This document shows positions 38,524 through 48,322 of a stretch of DNA of 64,000 nt, piece after piece (position 1 is the first letter of the stretch; each line of letters begins with the position of its first letter). The position numbers and the translations under genes are program-made. The stretch is from assembly GCA_030016635.1 (NCBI GenBank), contig JASEJQ010000003.1, positions 8,520 through 72,519 of the forward strand, in the 5' to 3' direction. The DNA is from Thermoanaerobacteraceae bacterium (GTDB lineage: Bacteria; Bacillota; Thermoanaerobacteria; Thermoanaerobacterales; UBA4877). The notes under the pieces are model-generated. The model did no database searches and was not told the origin of the DNA. It saw only the letters and a list, made by a program, of their open reading frames with translations.

Positions 38524-40170
38524 TCATTCCCAGTAGGCATATCTGAAGAATTTAAACTCCAGCGGTGTGGCGATGTAACCCTTCAGGCCTGGCCTTACCA
38601 CCAGGTTTTCCGTATAAAAGTATATGGGTCCTACAGGAAACTCCTTCATGAGGAGTTCATCAGCCTTATGCATAGCCTCCATTCTCATTTTCTGGTCAGA
38701 CTGCGTCCTTGCAATATTTATATACTCATCATATCCTTTGTTGCTCCAGTGCGGGTTATTATTGGCATTATCTGAAGACAGCAGTTCAAGCATACCCAGT
38801 GGGTCAATATAGTCAGCTATATACCCGTCCCTGGCTATGTCATAATTCCCCTGCCTTCTGGTATCCAAAAATACATTCCATTCCTCCTGTTTTAGCTCAA
38901 TATCTATGCCAAGATTTTGCTTCCACATCTGCTGAATTGCTTCACCTATCTGCTTGTGTGTCTCGCTGGTATTAAAGGTATAGGTAAGTTTTGGGAATCC
39001 CTTCCCGTCGGGATAACCGGCTTCTTTCAGTAATTCTTTGGCTTTCTCTACGTTTGCCTTAGTTGGGTCATAAAAATCCCCACCCACTTTCCTGAAATCC
39101 TGAGAAGAATCAGCATCAGGAAGACCATATGGTACAAAAGCACCGGCGGGAATCTGGCCACCCTTAGTAATATTTTCCACTATTGCTTTTCTGTCAATGG
39201 CTAAGGTCAAAGCCTCCCTTACCCTCGGGTCATCCAGTGGCTTTTTGCTCACATTGTAGCTTAAATAATAAGTCCCTATTGTAGGTACTGTTATTAAATA
39301 GCCTTCTTCTTTCAGCCTTGCAAGTTCCTGAGCTGGTGGGTTGTCTATAAAGTCCACCTGGCCTGACTCAAAAGCAGAAAGAGATGTATTCTCATCAACA
39401 ATTTCAGTAAAAATTAATTTGTTCAGCTTAACATTTTGAGCATCCCAGTAGTTAGGGTTTTTTACAAATTCAATAGTATCATTGTGCACCCATTTTACCA
39501 TCTGGAAGGGGCCATTGCCTATATATGTCTCTGGGTGCATAGCCCATCCCTCCGGATCTTTCTCAACCATGTCCTGCCTCACCGGTACCAGTTCATGCCT
39601 GGAAAATATCTGAAGTATATATGCGGTTGGTGCCTTTAAGGTTACCTCCAATGTCTTATCGTCAACTGCCTTTATACCCACATCCTCCCAATTTGCCTTG
39701 CCGTTATAGTATTCTTCTGCATTTTTTACATAAAACAGATTATAGGCGTAGTGTGCACCTACATTAGGGTCCAATGTCCTCTTCCATGAATATACAAAAT
39801 CATCTGCAGTCACAGGCTTGCCGTCATACCAGTTTGCGTTTTCCCTTATATGGAATGTCCAAACAAGTCCATCCTGAGATACGTCCCATTTCTCTGCAAT
39901 GGCGGGCTCAATAACATTCTTCTCATCATGCCTCACCAATGCCTCAAAGTTGTTGTATATTACCTGATCTCCCGGTATCTCACTACAGAATGCCGGGTCT
40001 ACACTCTGAGGTTCAGCCCCTAAATTATAAATGAGTGTATCTTTATCCTTCGGAGTCTCCTGGGCCTCCTGAGGTTTTTCTTCCTGCGCTGTCTGCTGAT
40101 TTGCAGAACATCCTGTTATAAGGGTAAAAGCAAGAATCGCTGTTAATAAAAATATTAATATCCTCCTCAT
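38524..40170 (-). CDS. Peptide ABC transporter substrate-binding lipoprotein (OppA/DppA-like), paralog 3
   Basis: 548 aa, lipobox ITGCS. Collinear with paralogs 1 and 2 (KAKELLKEAGYPDGKGFP). Confidence 0.9.
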   Translation of the reverse strand: MRRILIFLLTAILAFTLITGCSANQQTAQEEKPQEAQETPKDKDTLIYNLGAEPQSVDPAFCSEIPGDQVIYNNFEALVRHDEKNVIEPAIAEKWDVSQDGLVWTFHIRENANWYDGKPVTADDFVYSWKRTLDPNVGAHYAYNLFYVKNAEEYYNGKANWEDVGIKAVDDKTLEVTLKAPTAYILQIFSRHELVPVRQDMVEKDPEGWAMHPETYIGNGPFQMVKWVHNDTIEFVKNPNYWDAQNVKLNKLIFTEIVDENTSLSAFESGQVDFIDNPPAQELARLKEEGYLITVPTIGTYYLSYNVSKKPLDDPRVREALTLAIDRKAIVENITKGGQIPAGAFVPYGLPDADSSQDFRKVGGDFYDPTKANVEKAKELLKEAGYPDGKGFPKLTYTFNTSETHKQIGEAIQQMWKQNLGIDIELKQEEWNVFLDTRRQGNYDIARDGYIADYIDPLGMLELLSSDNANNNPHWSNKGYDEYINIARTQSDQKMRMEAMHKADELLMKEFPVGPIYFYTENLVVRPGLKGYIATPLEFKFFRYAYWE

Positions 40171-40195
40171 TAAATTTCCCCTCCCTAATATTATT

Positions 40196-40453
40196 AATTA
40201 CACTGAAAGAAGTCTATATTGGCATGCCAACGGCATCCATGTGCCTGATCGTTTGTCCTGATACTCTAATATTTGCCGCTGCATTTCGCAGGGTACGCCT
40301 CCATTCGGCGTCCATGCCTCAGGTCGGCTCATCCGATATCCATGCCGGATGTCCCTGCTCCATTTGTTGCAAATCCAAGAGTATCATGGACTCTCTTTAA
40401 GGCCACATTTGATGCTGTATGTCATGCTCAAATTGGGTTTTTACACCCAAACC
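40196..40453 (+). repeat. Structured intergenic repeat, copy C (long core), between iadA and OppA-like paralog 3
   Basis: Arms GGCATGCCAACGGCATCCATGTGCC / GGCCACATTTGATGCTGTATGTCATGCTC. The core at 40288-40358 has closing helix GCAGGG...CCCTGC. Confidence 0.8.
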
Positions 40454-40454
40454 A

Positions 40455-41615
40455 TTATTCAAATGTTCCCTTAATAATGGCCTGGCCTTTATCCACCATT
40501 AACCTACCTTTTGCAAACACCATTTCAATACCCATATTCTCATCCATAACTACAATATCCGCATCACTTCCTACTGCTATATATCCTTTTTGCGGATAGT
40601 TCTTGAGTCTTTTGGCCACATTGGATGTAACAACACTGGCAGCCTTATCTATACCTATTTCCCTTGCAAGGTCTTTAAATTCCTCATAGAGTGTATGGGG
40701 GTCTGCCACCAGAAGCCCTTTTATCTCTCCTTTCTCATTGAATAGCGGCATACTCCCGTTACCATCAGAACTCATTGTAATGTTTTCCAGAGGCACCCCG
40801 CCTTCTATACACATCCTTATTGCCTCCGATGGTTTTATTGATTTATCCACGTCTGCCTTTGGGGAAACTCCCGAGGTAATATCTATATATCCACCCATTC
40901 TCCCCCACCTGATGCCATCCTCTAAGAGTTCCCTCCGCCTATTTATATGGGTGGGCACAAACTGGGTAATGGGTATCTCTGTACTCTCAACTATTTCAAA
41001 TAGCATGGAGAGCATACCATTACCGTTCCCAACGTGCAAATGCACTACACCGGCCTTTCCTGAAAGCATACCACCCACCCTTGCCTCCGCTGCTACTCTC
41101 TTTAGTTCATCAATAGTTGGTTGAGATGAGCGATGATCTGATATAGCTATCTCACCGGCACCAATCACCTTATCAATAAGTATTATGTCATTTCTTATAC
41201 TCCCGGTAATCGTACATGTAGGCAACTGATAGCACCCTGAATAAATATAGGTGGATATGCCCTCTGCCTCCAATCCCCTTGCCCTGGCAAGGAGACTTTC
41301 CACATGCCTTGTGGTACCATCTGTACCTAAAAGTCCTGCTACAGTGGTGATGCCTGAGGTAGTAAGTTTAGATAGCATTACCTCTGGTGTCCTGGATGTA
41401 TAGCCAGCTTCCCCGCCTCCCCCTATTATATGTACATGCTGGTCTATGAACCCCGGAAGGGCTAACTTCCCGTTCAAAACATACTCTTCTATTGCCAGCC
41501 CTGAAATGTTTATATCTTTTTCAACCATGGCAATTCTATCCCCGGCAATGAGTATGTCTTTTATACCCATGTCTTCTGGAGCAAAAACGTGAGCATTTTT
41601 TAGCAATTTAAACAT
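40455..41615 (-). CDS. iadA: Beta-aspartyl (isoaspartyl) dipeptidase
   Basis: 386-aa amidohydrolase-fold protein with metal motif GFIDQHVHIIGGGGE. Confidence 0.85.
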   Translation of the reverse strand: MFKLLKNAHVFAPEDMGIKDILIAGDRIAMVEKDINISGLAIEEYVLNGKLALPGFIDQHVHIIGGGGEAGYTSRTPEVMLSKLTTSGITTVAGLLGTDGTTRHVESLLARARGLEAEGISTYIYSGCYQLPTCTITGSIRNDIILIDKVIGAGEIAISDHRSSQPTIDELKRVAAEARVGGMLSGKAGVVHLHVGNGNGMLSMLFEIVESTEIPITQFVPTHINRRRELLEDGIRWGRMGGYIDITSGVSPKADVDKSIKPSEAIRMCIEGGVPLENITMSSDGNGSMPLFNEKGEIKGLLVADPHTLYEEFKDLAREIGIDKAASVVTSNVAKRLKNYPQKGYIAVGSDADIVVMDENMGIEMVFAKGRLMVDKGQAIIKGTFE

Positions 41616-41698
41616 CTTATGCAGCTCCTTCTAAGCCAAAACTTTAATCAATGGTTATGTTCCCTCCTTTCTATAAAACTTTTGCCATTATAATATAA

Positions 41699-41713
41699 GC
41701 AAATTTCATGCCA
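41699..41713 (-). promoter_or_regulatory. Sigma-54 (-24/-12) promoter upstream of iadA
   Basis: The minus strand reads TGGCAT-GAAAT-TTGC(TT), about 85 nt upstream of the iadA ATG. Confidence 0.8.
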
Positions 41714-41736
41714 AGTGAAATTGCCTGATATTCCAT

Positions 41737-41779
41737 ACTTTAATGGGGTGAAATTCAATCCATTTCACCCCATTAAAGT
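41737..41779. promoter_or_regulatory. Perfect 18-bp inverted repeat overlapping the EBP stop codon (candidate enhancer site and/or terminator)
   Basis: ACTTTAATGGGGTGAAAT-tcaatcc-ATTTCACCCCATTAAAGT. No U-tract follows on the minus strand. Centred about 70 nt upstream of the predicted sigma-54 start site. Confidence 0.5.
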
Positions 41780-43740
41780 TTAGTCTCCAAATATTCTAAT
41801 CCTTTTCCAGTTATCTTTGTACCTTCAATTCCTTTATTTATTTCAATAAGTCCCATATTTTTAAGTCTATCTATTATATGCCTTAACCTGTATTCACTTA
41901 TCTGGATTCCACTATCCGAGAGTTCTTTATAGAGAGTCCTTCTGCCCATGGGTCTTTCTTTGAGAAAATTCAATATGCGTATGGAGTCTGCATAGATGCT
42001 CTCCCTGTTTAATCTGTTGTCAATGTCTATATTTCTTACCCCCAAGGAACCTGTATATTGAGGTATGTCATCAATCCTGACCAGTTCATCCTCCTTTACT
42101 GTACAGAGGTATTCTACTACATTTTCCAGTTCTCTGACGTTACCCGGCCATGAGTATTCCTCAAAGAATTTCATCGCCTCTTCGCTTATTTTAAGTTGTC
42201 TCCCCTGCTTTTTCATGAAGTATCTCATCAATGGTATTATATCCTCCACCCTTTCTCTTAGAGGTGGTATTCTCACCGGGAGGACATTTAGCCTGTAGTA
42301 CAGGTCCTCTCTGAATCTGCCATCTTCTACCAGCTTCGCCAGGTCCTTATTTGTTGCTGCCATTACCCTGACATTTATAGGTATTACCTTTGTACCTCCA
42401 ACCTTTCTTATCTGTCTCTCCTGGAGTACACGAAGCAGCCTGGCCTGAAGCTCCATTGGCGCATCGCCTATTTCGTCTAAGAATATAGTTCCACCATGGG
42501 CTTCTTCAAAAAGCCCTATTTTACCTCCCTTTCTGGCCCCTGTAAATGCACCTTCCTCATAGCCGAATAGTTCGCTTTCCAGGAGGTTTGACGGGATTGA
42601 TGCGAAATTTACCGCCACAAAAGGCATGTCCTTCCTCTTAGAAAGATTATGTATGGCCTGAGCGAGAAGTTCTTTCCCCGTACCTGATTCACCAGTGATG
42701 AGTACTGTGGAATCACTCTTCGCTATCTTTTTTGCCAGATTAACGGTCTTTGACATTCCCCTGCTCTCCATTATTATATCAGTAGTGCTATATCGGGCTA
42801 TATTTCCATGCTCAGTAAGCTTCAATCTGAGCTTTCTTTCCAGTTCCCTGACCTCCGATACATCCTTTATGACATAAAGATAGTCCTGTCCCATATCTTT
42901 CTTTGTCACAACCAATTCTCTGTTGTTTATATTATAGATACCGGCATCGGCCAGACCACCCTTTATACCATATTTAGCTGCTATCTTACCTATTGTAATA
43001 TTAGAATTTGATACAAGCCCGATAAATTCTTCTGCCCTTGGATTCACGAGCTTAATCTTTCCATTTTTATCTGCGGCAACTACCCCTTCATCTATGGAAT
43101 TTAATATTGTCTCCAACTGTTCTTTTACCCTTTTCTGTATATCGGCATAATATTTCGCTTCTTTTGTGAGTTCGATTATATCACTTATGTATTTTACGGA
43201 TATCATATTGCTTTTTATATTTAATAGATTAAAATGTTCCAATATCTCATAGATAGTGGATAGGTCCAGTGTCCTCACTCCTATATCTATGAAACTTTCA
43301 ATTCCATATGGTACAAGTTGTGGTTCTCCAGGGGTTACCACATAGTCATACTCTTTATCCACTTCATAGCCAGGCCAATACGGGATAAAATCCAGATAAC
43401 CAAATCCAAGGTTTCTTAAAAGCTCTATGGTCTCCATTGTAGACCTTTCAAGGTCATTTACTAAAAGGACCCTGCTGCCTGGCGGTATAGTAAAGATTCC
43501 TCCCAATTCCTTATAGTTAACAGCTCTTCTGGCTACGATGAAAGGTGTACCAGCTTCAATATGGCCTACTGCTGCATCATAAACAGCATCACTGCTGATC
43601 AGAACAAGGTCGTCCCGCACTATATCTGGTATCCCCTTCTCTACAGACAGTCCTTTTATCTCGATAGAGTCCCCTATTAAATCTCTTATCTGTGAAATCA
43701 ATATCCTCAATGTATTTTCGCCCTGACTTACCACAGTCAC
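41773..43740 (-). CDS. Sigma-54-dependent transcriptional activator with atypical architecture (N-terminal sensor - PAS - AAA+ - C-terminal winged-helix-like domain)
   Basis: GESGTGKE, ESELFGYEEGAFTGA. There is no Fis-type HTH; the C-terminus reads RRTLYKELSDSGIQISEYRLRHIIDRLKNMGLIEI. GTG start. Confidence 0.85.
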   Translation of the reverse strand: MTVVSQGENTLRILISQIRDLIGDSIEIKGLSVEKGIPDIVRDDLVLISSDAVYDAAVGHIEAGTPFIVARRAVNYKELGGIFTIPPGSRVLLVNDLERSTMETIELLRNLGFGYLDFIPYWPGYEVDKEYDYVVTPGEPQLVPYGIESFIDIGVRTLDLSTIYEILEHFNLLNIKSNMISVKYISDIIELTKEAKYYADIQKRVKEQLETILNSIDEGVVAADKNGKIKLVNPRAEEFIGLVSNSNITIGKIAAKYGIKGGLADAGIYNINNRELVVTKKDMGQDYLYVIKDVSEVRELERKLRLKLTEHGNIARYSTTDIIMESRGMSKTVNLAKKIAKSDSTVLITGESGTGKELLAQAIHNLSKRKDMPFVAVNFASIPSNLLESELFGYEEGAFTGARKGGKIGLFEEAHGGTIFLDEIGDAPMELQARLLRVLQERQIRKVGGTKVIPINVRVMAATNKDLAKLVEDGRFREDLYYRLNVLPVRIPPLRERVEDIIPLMRYFMKKQGRQLKISEEAMKFFEEYSWPGNVRELENVVEYLCTVKEDELVRIDDIPQYTGSLGVRNIDIDNRLNRESIYADSIRILNFLKERPMGRRTLYKELSDSGIQISEYRLRHIIDRLKNMGLIEINKGIEGTKITGKGLEYLETKL

Positions 43741-43760
43741 CCCACGGCAATCCCTCCTTT

Positions 43761-43787
43761 ATAAAAAGGCTACCATTAAGGTAGCCT
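43761..43787 (-). terminator. Rho-independent terminator of the prsA-like gene
   Basis: AGGCTACC-ttaat-GGTAGCCT followed on the minus strand by TTTTTAT. Confidence 0.75.
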
Positions 43788-44772
43788 ACATATTCTCCGG
43801 ATATTTTTTTATCTCAGCGCCGGTCTTCCACTCATCAACAAGCTGGCTGAATTTCTCATCCCTCTTATTGGAAAGCACCATGCTATTTATCTCATCCTTT
43901 ACCTCATCAAAGGGCTTAACGGGATTTATCTTCTTGTCAAATACTTTTATGATATGGTATCCGTCGCTTGCCTTTATGAGGCTGGATATATCTCCTGGCT
44001 CTAAAGCAAAAGCAGCAATACTTATTTCCTCTGGCTGCTCGTAATAGGTGAATTCACCCAGGTTTCCGCCATCGTCTTTTGTTGCCTCATCTTCAGAATA
44101 CTGCTTTGCCAGTGCAGCAAAGTCCTCTCCTGCCTTTGCCTTGTTCAATACCTCATCGGCCTTGGCCTTGTCCTTTATAAGGATGTGGGCAGCCTTTACA
44201 GTATCGGGCTGAGTTTTGTAGTCTGTCTGATGCTGGTTGAAATACTGCCTTACCTCTTCATCTGTTACCTTCACATCGGCTGTAGCCTTTTCCCACAGCT
44301 TATACTGGAGAAGCTGAACCTTCATGAGGTTGGTATAAAACTCCTCTGATACATTTTGACTCTTAAGGTATTCCTTAAACTTCTCATCGCCGCCAAAGGC
44401 CGTCTTGACAGAATCAATGTGGGATTTCAGCTCATCCTGAAACTCCTTGGAACTCACATTTATATCATTCTTTTTTGCCTGCTGATTTAATATGGTTTCA
44501 TATATCATCTCGTCAAGGACATTCTCTTTGAGTATATCTATCATCTTTTTTCCCTGTGACTCTGTTTCCCAGTACTTCTCATCCACATTGGGCTGAGCCT
44601 CGTATGACTTTTTGTAATTTTCTACGGTCTTATCAAAGTCCGATTTCTTTATATCCTCACCATTTACTGTGGCCACAACCTTATCCTGCGGCTGGTTTGA
44701 ACATGCAGCTGTGCCAACAACCATAACAAAAACCATAAGCAACAAGATTATTTTTTTTCTCAATACCACCAC
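43786..44772 (-). CDS. prsA: Peptidyl-prolyl isomerase lipoprotein (PrsA/SurA-like, parvulin domain)
   Basis: Lipobox TAACS, a SurA-N-like region and a PPIC rotamase domain (AAHILIKDKAKADEV...GGNLGEF). Confidence 0.85.
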   Translation of the reverse strand: MVVLRKKIILLLMVFVMVVGTAACSNQPQDKVVATVNGEDIKKSDFDKTVENYKKSYEAQPNVDEKYWETESQGKKMIDILKENVLDEMIYETILNQQAKKNDINVSSKEFQDELKSHIDSVKTAFGGDEKFKEYLKSQNVSEEFYTNLMKVQLLQYKLWEKATADVKVTDEEVRQYFNQHQTDYKTQPDTVKAAHILIKDKAKADEVLNKAKAGEDFAALAKQYSEDEATKDDGGNLGEFTYYEQPEEISIAAFALEPGDISSLIKASDGYHIIKVFDKKINPVKPFDEVKDEINSMVLSNKRDEKFSQLVDEWKTGAEIKKYPENM

Positions 44773-44803
44773 TCCCCATTAGTAATGTCTCTATTATACA
44801 CCA

Positions 44804-47800
44804 TCATACTACAACCTTCAAATCATCAATTTCCTTCATTGTCTTTAAAAAATCCTCAAGGCCGCTTAAAACCTCATCTTCGCGCCTGTTTTTCAGTTTC
44901 AATGTAAAATATGGAGGTACAGTGGCAGAGTAGAGGACATTTTCGCATCTTTTCATAACCTCTCCTATAAACCCTATGTCAGACCCTTTACTCTCCTGTA
45001 TTGTTACAATTATGCTGTCTCCCTTCTGTTCTATTGAAGGTATCTTAAGTGACTTTGCAATAGATTTCATATATGCAATCCGAATAAGGTTTAATACGGG
45101 TACCGGTATGTCGCCAAATCGATCTATAAGCTCTTCCTGCACATCAGCCATATCCTCTGAATTCTCTATGGAAGCCATCTTTTTGTACATTTCAATGCGC
45201 AATGCCTCATCCTCTATATATTCACTGTCTATATAGGCATTTACGTCAAGGTCTATGGTAGTGTCTACCTGCTCCTCCACCTTTTCGCCCTTGAGTTTTC
45301 TTATAGCCTCCTCCATCATCTTAAAGTAAAGGTCGTAACCCACAGCCATCATGTGTCCGTGCTGTTCTGGACCTAAGAGGTTTCCTGCACCCCTTATCTC
45401 TAAGTCTCTCATAGCCAGCTTAAAGCCTGAACCAAACTCTGTAAACTCTTTTATCGCCTTCAGTCTTTTTTCTGCCTCTTCAGAGAGCACCTTATCCTTT
45501 TCGTAGGTAAAGTAGGCATAGGCCAGACGGTTGGATCGGCCCACCCTGCCCCTTAGCTGATAAAGCTGGGCCAGGCCCATCCTATCTGCATCCTTTACAA
45601 TGATCGTATTTACGTTTGGAATATCCAGACCTGTCTCTATTATTGTCGTACAGACCAGCACATCGTACTGCCTATCATAAAATGCCTTCATTACCTTCTC
45701 CAGTTCCCTCTCTGACATCTTTCCATGTGCGACACATATCCTGGACTCCGGAACCAGTGTCTGCAGCCTTGCAGCCATCTTCGCAATATCGTAAACCCTG
45801 TTGTATAGAAAATACACCTGTCCGCCCCTGCCTATCTCTTTTAATATAGCATCCCTCACCACCTCATCATTATACTCCAGTACATAGGTCTGCACAGGGT
45901 ATCTCTCTTCCGGTGGCGTTTCAATTACGCTCATGTCCCTGAGGCCAATCAAAGACATATGCATTGTCCTGGGTATAGGCGTGGCTGAAAGTGTAAGGAC
46001 ATCCACATTTTTAGACATCTTCTTTAGAAGTTCCTTATGCTTTACCCCAAACCTCTGCTCCTCATCTATAATGAGAAGGCCAAGGTCTTTAAACTTTATA
46101 TCCTTCTGCAACAACCTGTGAGTGCCTATGACTATATCAACCTCTCCTGTCTTCAACTTTTTGAGTGTCTCCTTCTGCTGCTGAGGCGTCCTGAAGCGGC
46201 TCAGCATATCTATAGTGACAGGGAAATCCTTAAACCTCTCAGTGAAGTTATTGTAATGCTGCTCTGCCAGAATTGTGGTGGGGCACAGGTATGCCACCTG
46301 CTTGCCGTCCATCACTGCTTTAAAGGCAGCCCTTATGGCCACCTCTGTCTTGCCGTATCCCACATCTCCACAGAGGAGCCTATCCATGGGCCTGGTCTTT
46401 TCCATGTCTGCCTTAACTTCCTCAATGGAACGCAGCTGGTCCGGGGTTTCTTCATAGGGAAACCTTTCCTCAAACTCCTTTTGCCATGGTGTATCCGCAG
46501 AAAAGGCATGGCCTTCAATGGTCTGGCGGACAGCGTAAAGTTCCACCAGTTCTTTTGCCATTTCCTCAATGCCCTGCCTGACCTTAGCCCTTGTCTTCTG
46601 CCATTCGCTTCCACCAAGTTTATTTACCTTGGGTGATTTCCCCTCTTCTCCCACATATTTCTGCACCAGGTCCATCTGGTCCACAGGGATATACAGCTTA
46701 TCTGACCCTGCATATTCCAGATTAAGATAGTCCCTTGTCACTCCGTCTACCTTCATGGTCACAATTCCCAAAAATTTCCCTATGCCATGGTTCTCATGCA
46801 CCACATAGTCTCCCGGCTCTAAATCTGCAAGCTCCAACTTTTTCATCTCCGACTTTCTGGAGGACAGGGTCTTCTGCCTAGCCACACCAAAAAGCTCACT
46901 ATCGGATACTAAGGCAAAGCCGGACTCCGGTATTTCAAAACCCTCTGTTACGCTGCCAGGTAATATATTTATATCGTTTACCTTTATATTATCTATATCC
47001 TCTGTAAAATAAGCAAAAATCCCAAATTCATTCAGACTTTTTACCAGAGACTGTCCCCTTTCCACTGTACTGGTGAGCAGGACTACTGTATATGCTTTAT
47101 TCCTCCATGACTTCAATTCATCCTTTATAAGCTCCGGCTTACTGTGAAACGGATGCATACCTTTTACCACAAAGTCAGCAGCAGCCCTGGGACTTATCAG
47201 AGAATTTCTGGGAAACACTGATGAAATTATTAAGGTCCTCTTTTCAGCCGAGGAAAGTATTTCATTAAAATTAGCCATCAGCCTGGCCTGGCCAGGAAGT
47301 GCCTCACCTCTTGCCAGAAAATCGGTAACTGCTTCATTAAAACTCTTAAGTTCCAGCTCGGCCTTTTCCGAAAGCCTTGACGGTTCTATAAACACCACAA
47401 GGGCATCTTCATTCAGATAATCTATAAGGGTATAGGTCTTACTGTAGAAATAAGGCATATACTGCTCTATACCTTCAAAATAGGTATTTAAATTGAAATT
47501 TATTAGCCTCTCCTCCACCTTTTCCCTCAGTCTGTCCTGCACATTTGGGAGTTTAATCCTTCCCATCTGAGTAGAAAGGTCATATGATATTTCCTTATAT
47601 GCCCTTTTAAAGTCATCCGGTCCAGCCATCAGTTCTCTTGCAGGGGTTATGTGAAACTCTCTTATCTCATCGGTAGAGCGCTGTGAAAGGGGATCAAAGT
47701 ATCTTATAGAGTCCACCTCAATATCAAAGAACTCTATACGAACCGCCTGCTTTGTATCCATTGGATAAAGGTCCACTATGTCTCCCCTTACAGAAAACTG

Positions 47801-48310
47801 CCCTCTACCCTCCACCAGTGACTCTCTCTCATAGCCCAGGTATATCAGCCTGTCTATAAGTTCATTCATATCTATGGAGTCCCCCACTGAAATGCTAAAG
47901 CACGCCTCAGCATACACCTCTGGGGGTATCATCCTCTGCATTAGCGACTCCATTGATGCGCACACCACTACATCCTGCCCCTCTATAACCGGGCTTAATG
48001 TATTTAACCTCTTAGCAGTTATATCCAGGCTGCTTGCCTCGACAGAATAAAATATAAAATCCTTTTTGGGAAAAAGATATGCTGTTTTATCCTTTAAATA
48101 AAAGAGGAGGTCCTCATAGATTTTTCTCATTTCATTCTCATTCTCAGTAACTATAAGAACCTGCCTCTTAAATTCTTTGTATAATGCTGCTATCAGTGGT
48201 ACAGCCTGGGCAGGCGTAAGCCCTGATACAGCTATGGGTTTTTGGCCGGAATCAACTGCATCTTTTAATTTCTCGTAGGAATAAAGCTGCGAAAACGGAT
48301 TAAATGCCAA
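44804..48310 (-). CDS. mfd: Transcription-repair coupling factor
   Basis: 1168 aa with UvrB-homology, CarD/RNAP-interaction, DEAD/DEAH helicase (GDVGYGKTEVA, DEEQRFG) and TRCF C-terminal domains. Confidence 0.97.
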   Translation of the reverse strand: MAFNPFSQLYSYEKLKDAVDSGQKPIAVSGLTPAQAVPLIAALYKEFKRQVLIVTENENEMRKIYEDLLFYLKDKTAYLFPKKDFIFYSVEASSLDITAKRLNTLSPVIEGQDVVVCASMESLMQRMIPPEVYAEACFSISVGDSIDMNELIDRLIYLGYERESLVEGRGQFSVRGDIVDLYPMDTKQAVRIEFFDIEVDSIRYFDPLSQRSTDEIREFHITPARELMAGPDDFKRAYKEISYDLSTQMGRIKLPNVQDRLREKVEERLINFNLNTYFEGIEQYMPYFYSKTYTLIDYLNEDALVVFIEPSRLSEKAELELKSFNEAVTDFLARGEALPGQARLMANFNEILSSAEKRTLIISSVFPRNSLISPRAAADFVVKGMHPFHSKPELIKDELKSWRNKAYTVVLLTSTVERGQSLVKSLNEFGIFAYFTEDIDNIKVNDINILPGSVTEGFEIPESGFALVSDSELFGVARQKTLSSRKSEMKKLELADLEPGDYVVHENHGIGKFLGIVTMKVDGVTRDYLNLEYAGSDKLYIPVDQMDLVQKYVGEEGKSPKVNKLGGSEWQKTRAKVRQGIEEMAKELVELYAVRQTIEGHAFSADTPWQKEFEERFPYEETPDQLRSIEEVKADMEKTRPMDRLLCGDVGYGKTEVAIRAAFKAVMDGKQVAYLCPTTILAEQHYNNFTERFKDFPVTIDMLSRFRTPQQQKETLKKLKTGEVDIVIGTHRLLQKDIKFKDLGLLIIDEEQRFGVKHKELLKKMSKNVDVLTLSATPIPRTMHMSLIGLRDMSVIETPPEERYPVQTYVLEYNDEVVRDAILKEIGRGGQVYFLYNRVYDIAKMAARLQTLVPESRICVAHGKMSERELEKVMKAFYDRQYDVLVCTTIIETGLDIPNVNTIIVKDADRMGLAQLYQLRGRVGRSNRLAYAYFTYEKDKVLSEEAEKRLKAIKEFTEFGSGFKLAMRDLEIRGAGNLLGPEQHGHMMAVGYDLYFKMMEEAIRKLKGEKVEEQVDTTIDLDVNAYIDSEYIEDEALRIEMYKKMASIENSEDMADVQEELIDRFGDIPVPVLNLIRIAYMKSIAKSLKIPSIEQKGDSIIVTIQESKGSDIGFIGEVMKRCENVLYSATVPPYFTLKLKNRREDEVLSGLEDFLKTMKEIDDLKVVV

Positions 48311-48322
48311 ACTACCACCTCG

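Noticed and set aside
40218-40232. TGGCAT-containing strings inside repeat arms (for example TGGCATGCCAAC in copy C and TGGCATATAACATCC in copies E and F) as additional sigma-54 promoters.
   Set aside because: No TTGC element lies at the required 5-nt spacing after the GG, so they only mimic the -24 half-site.
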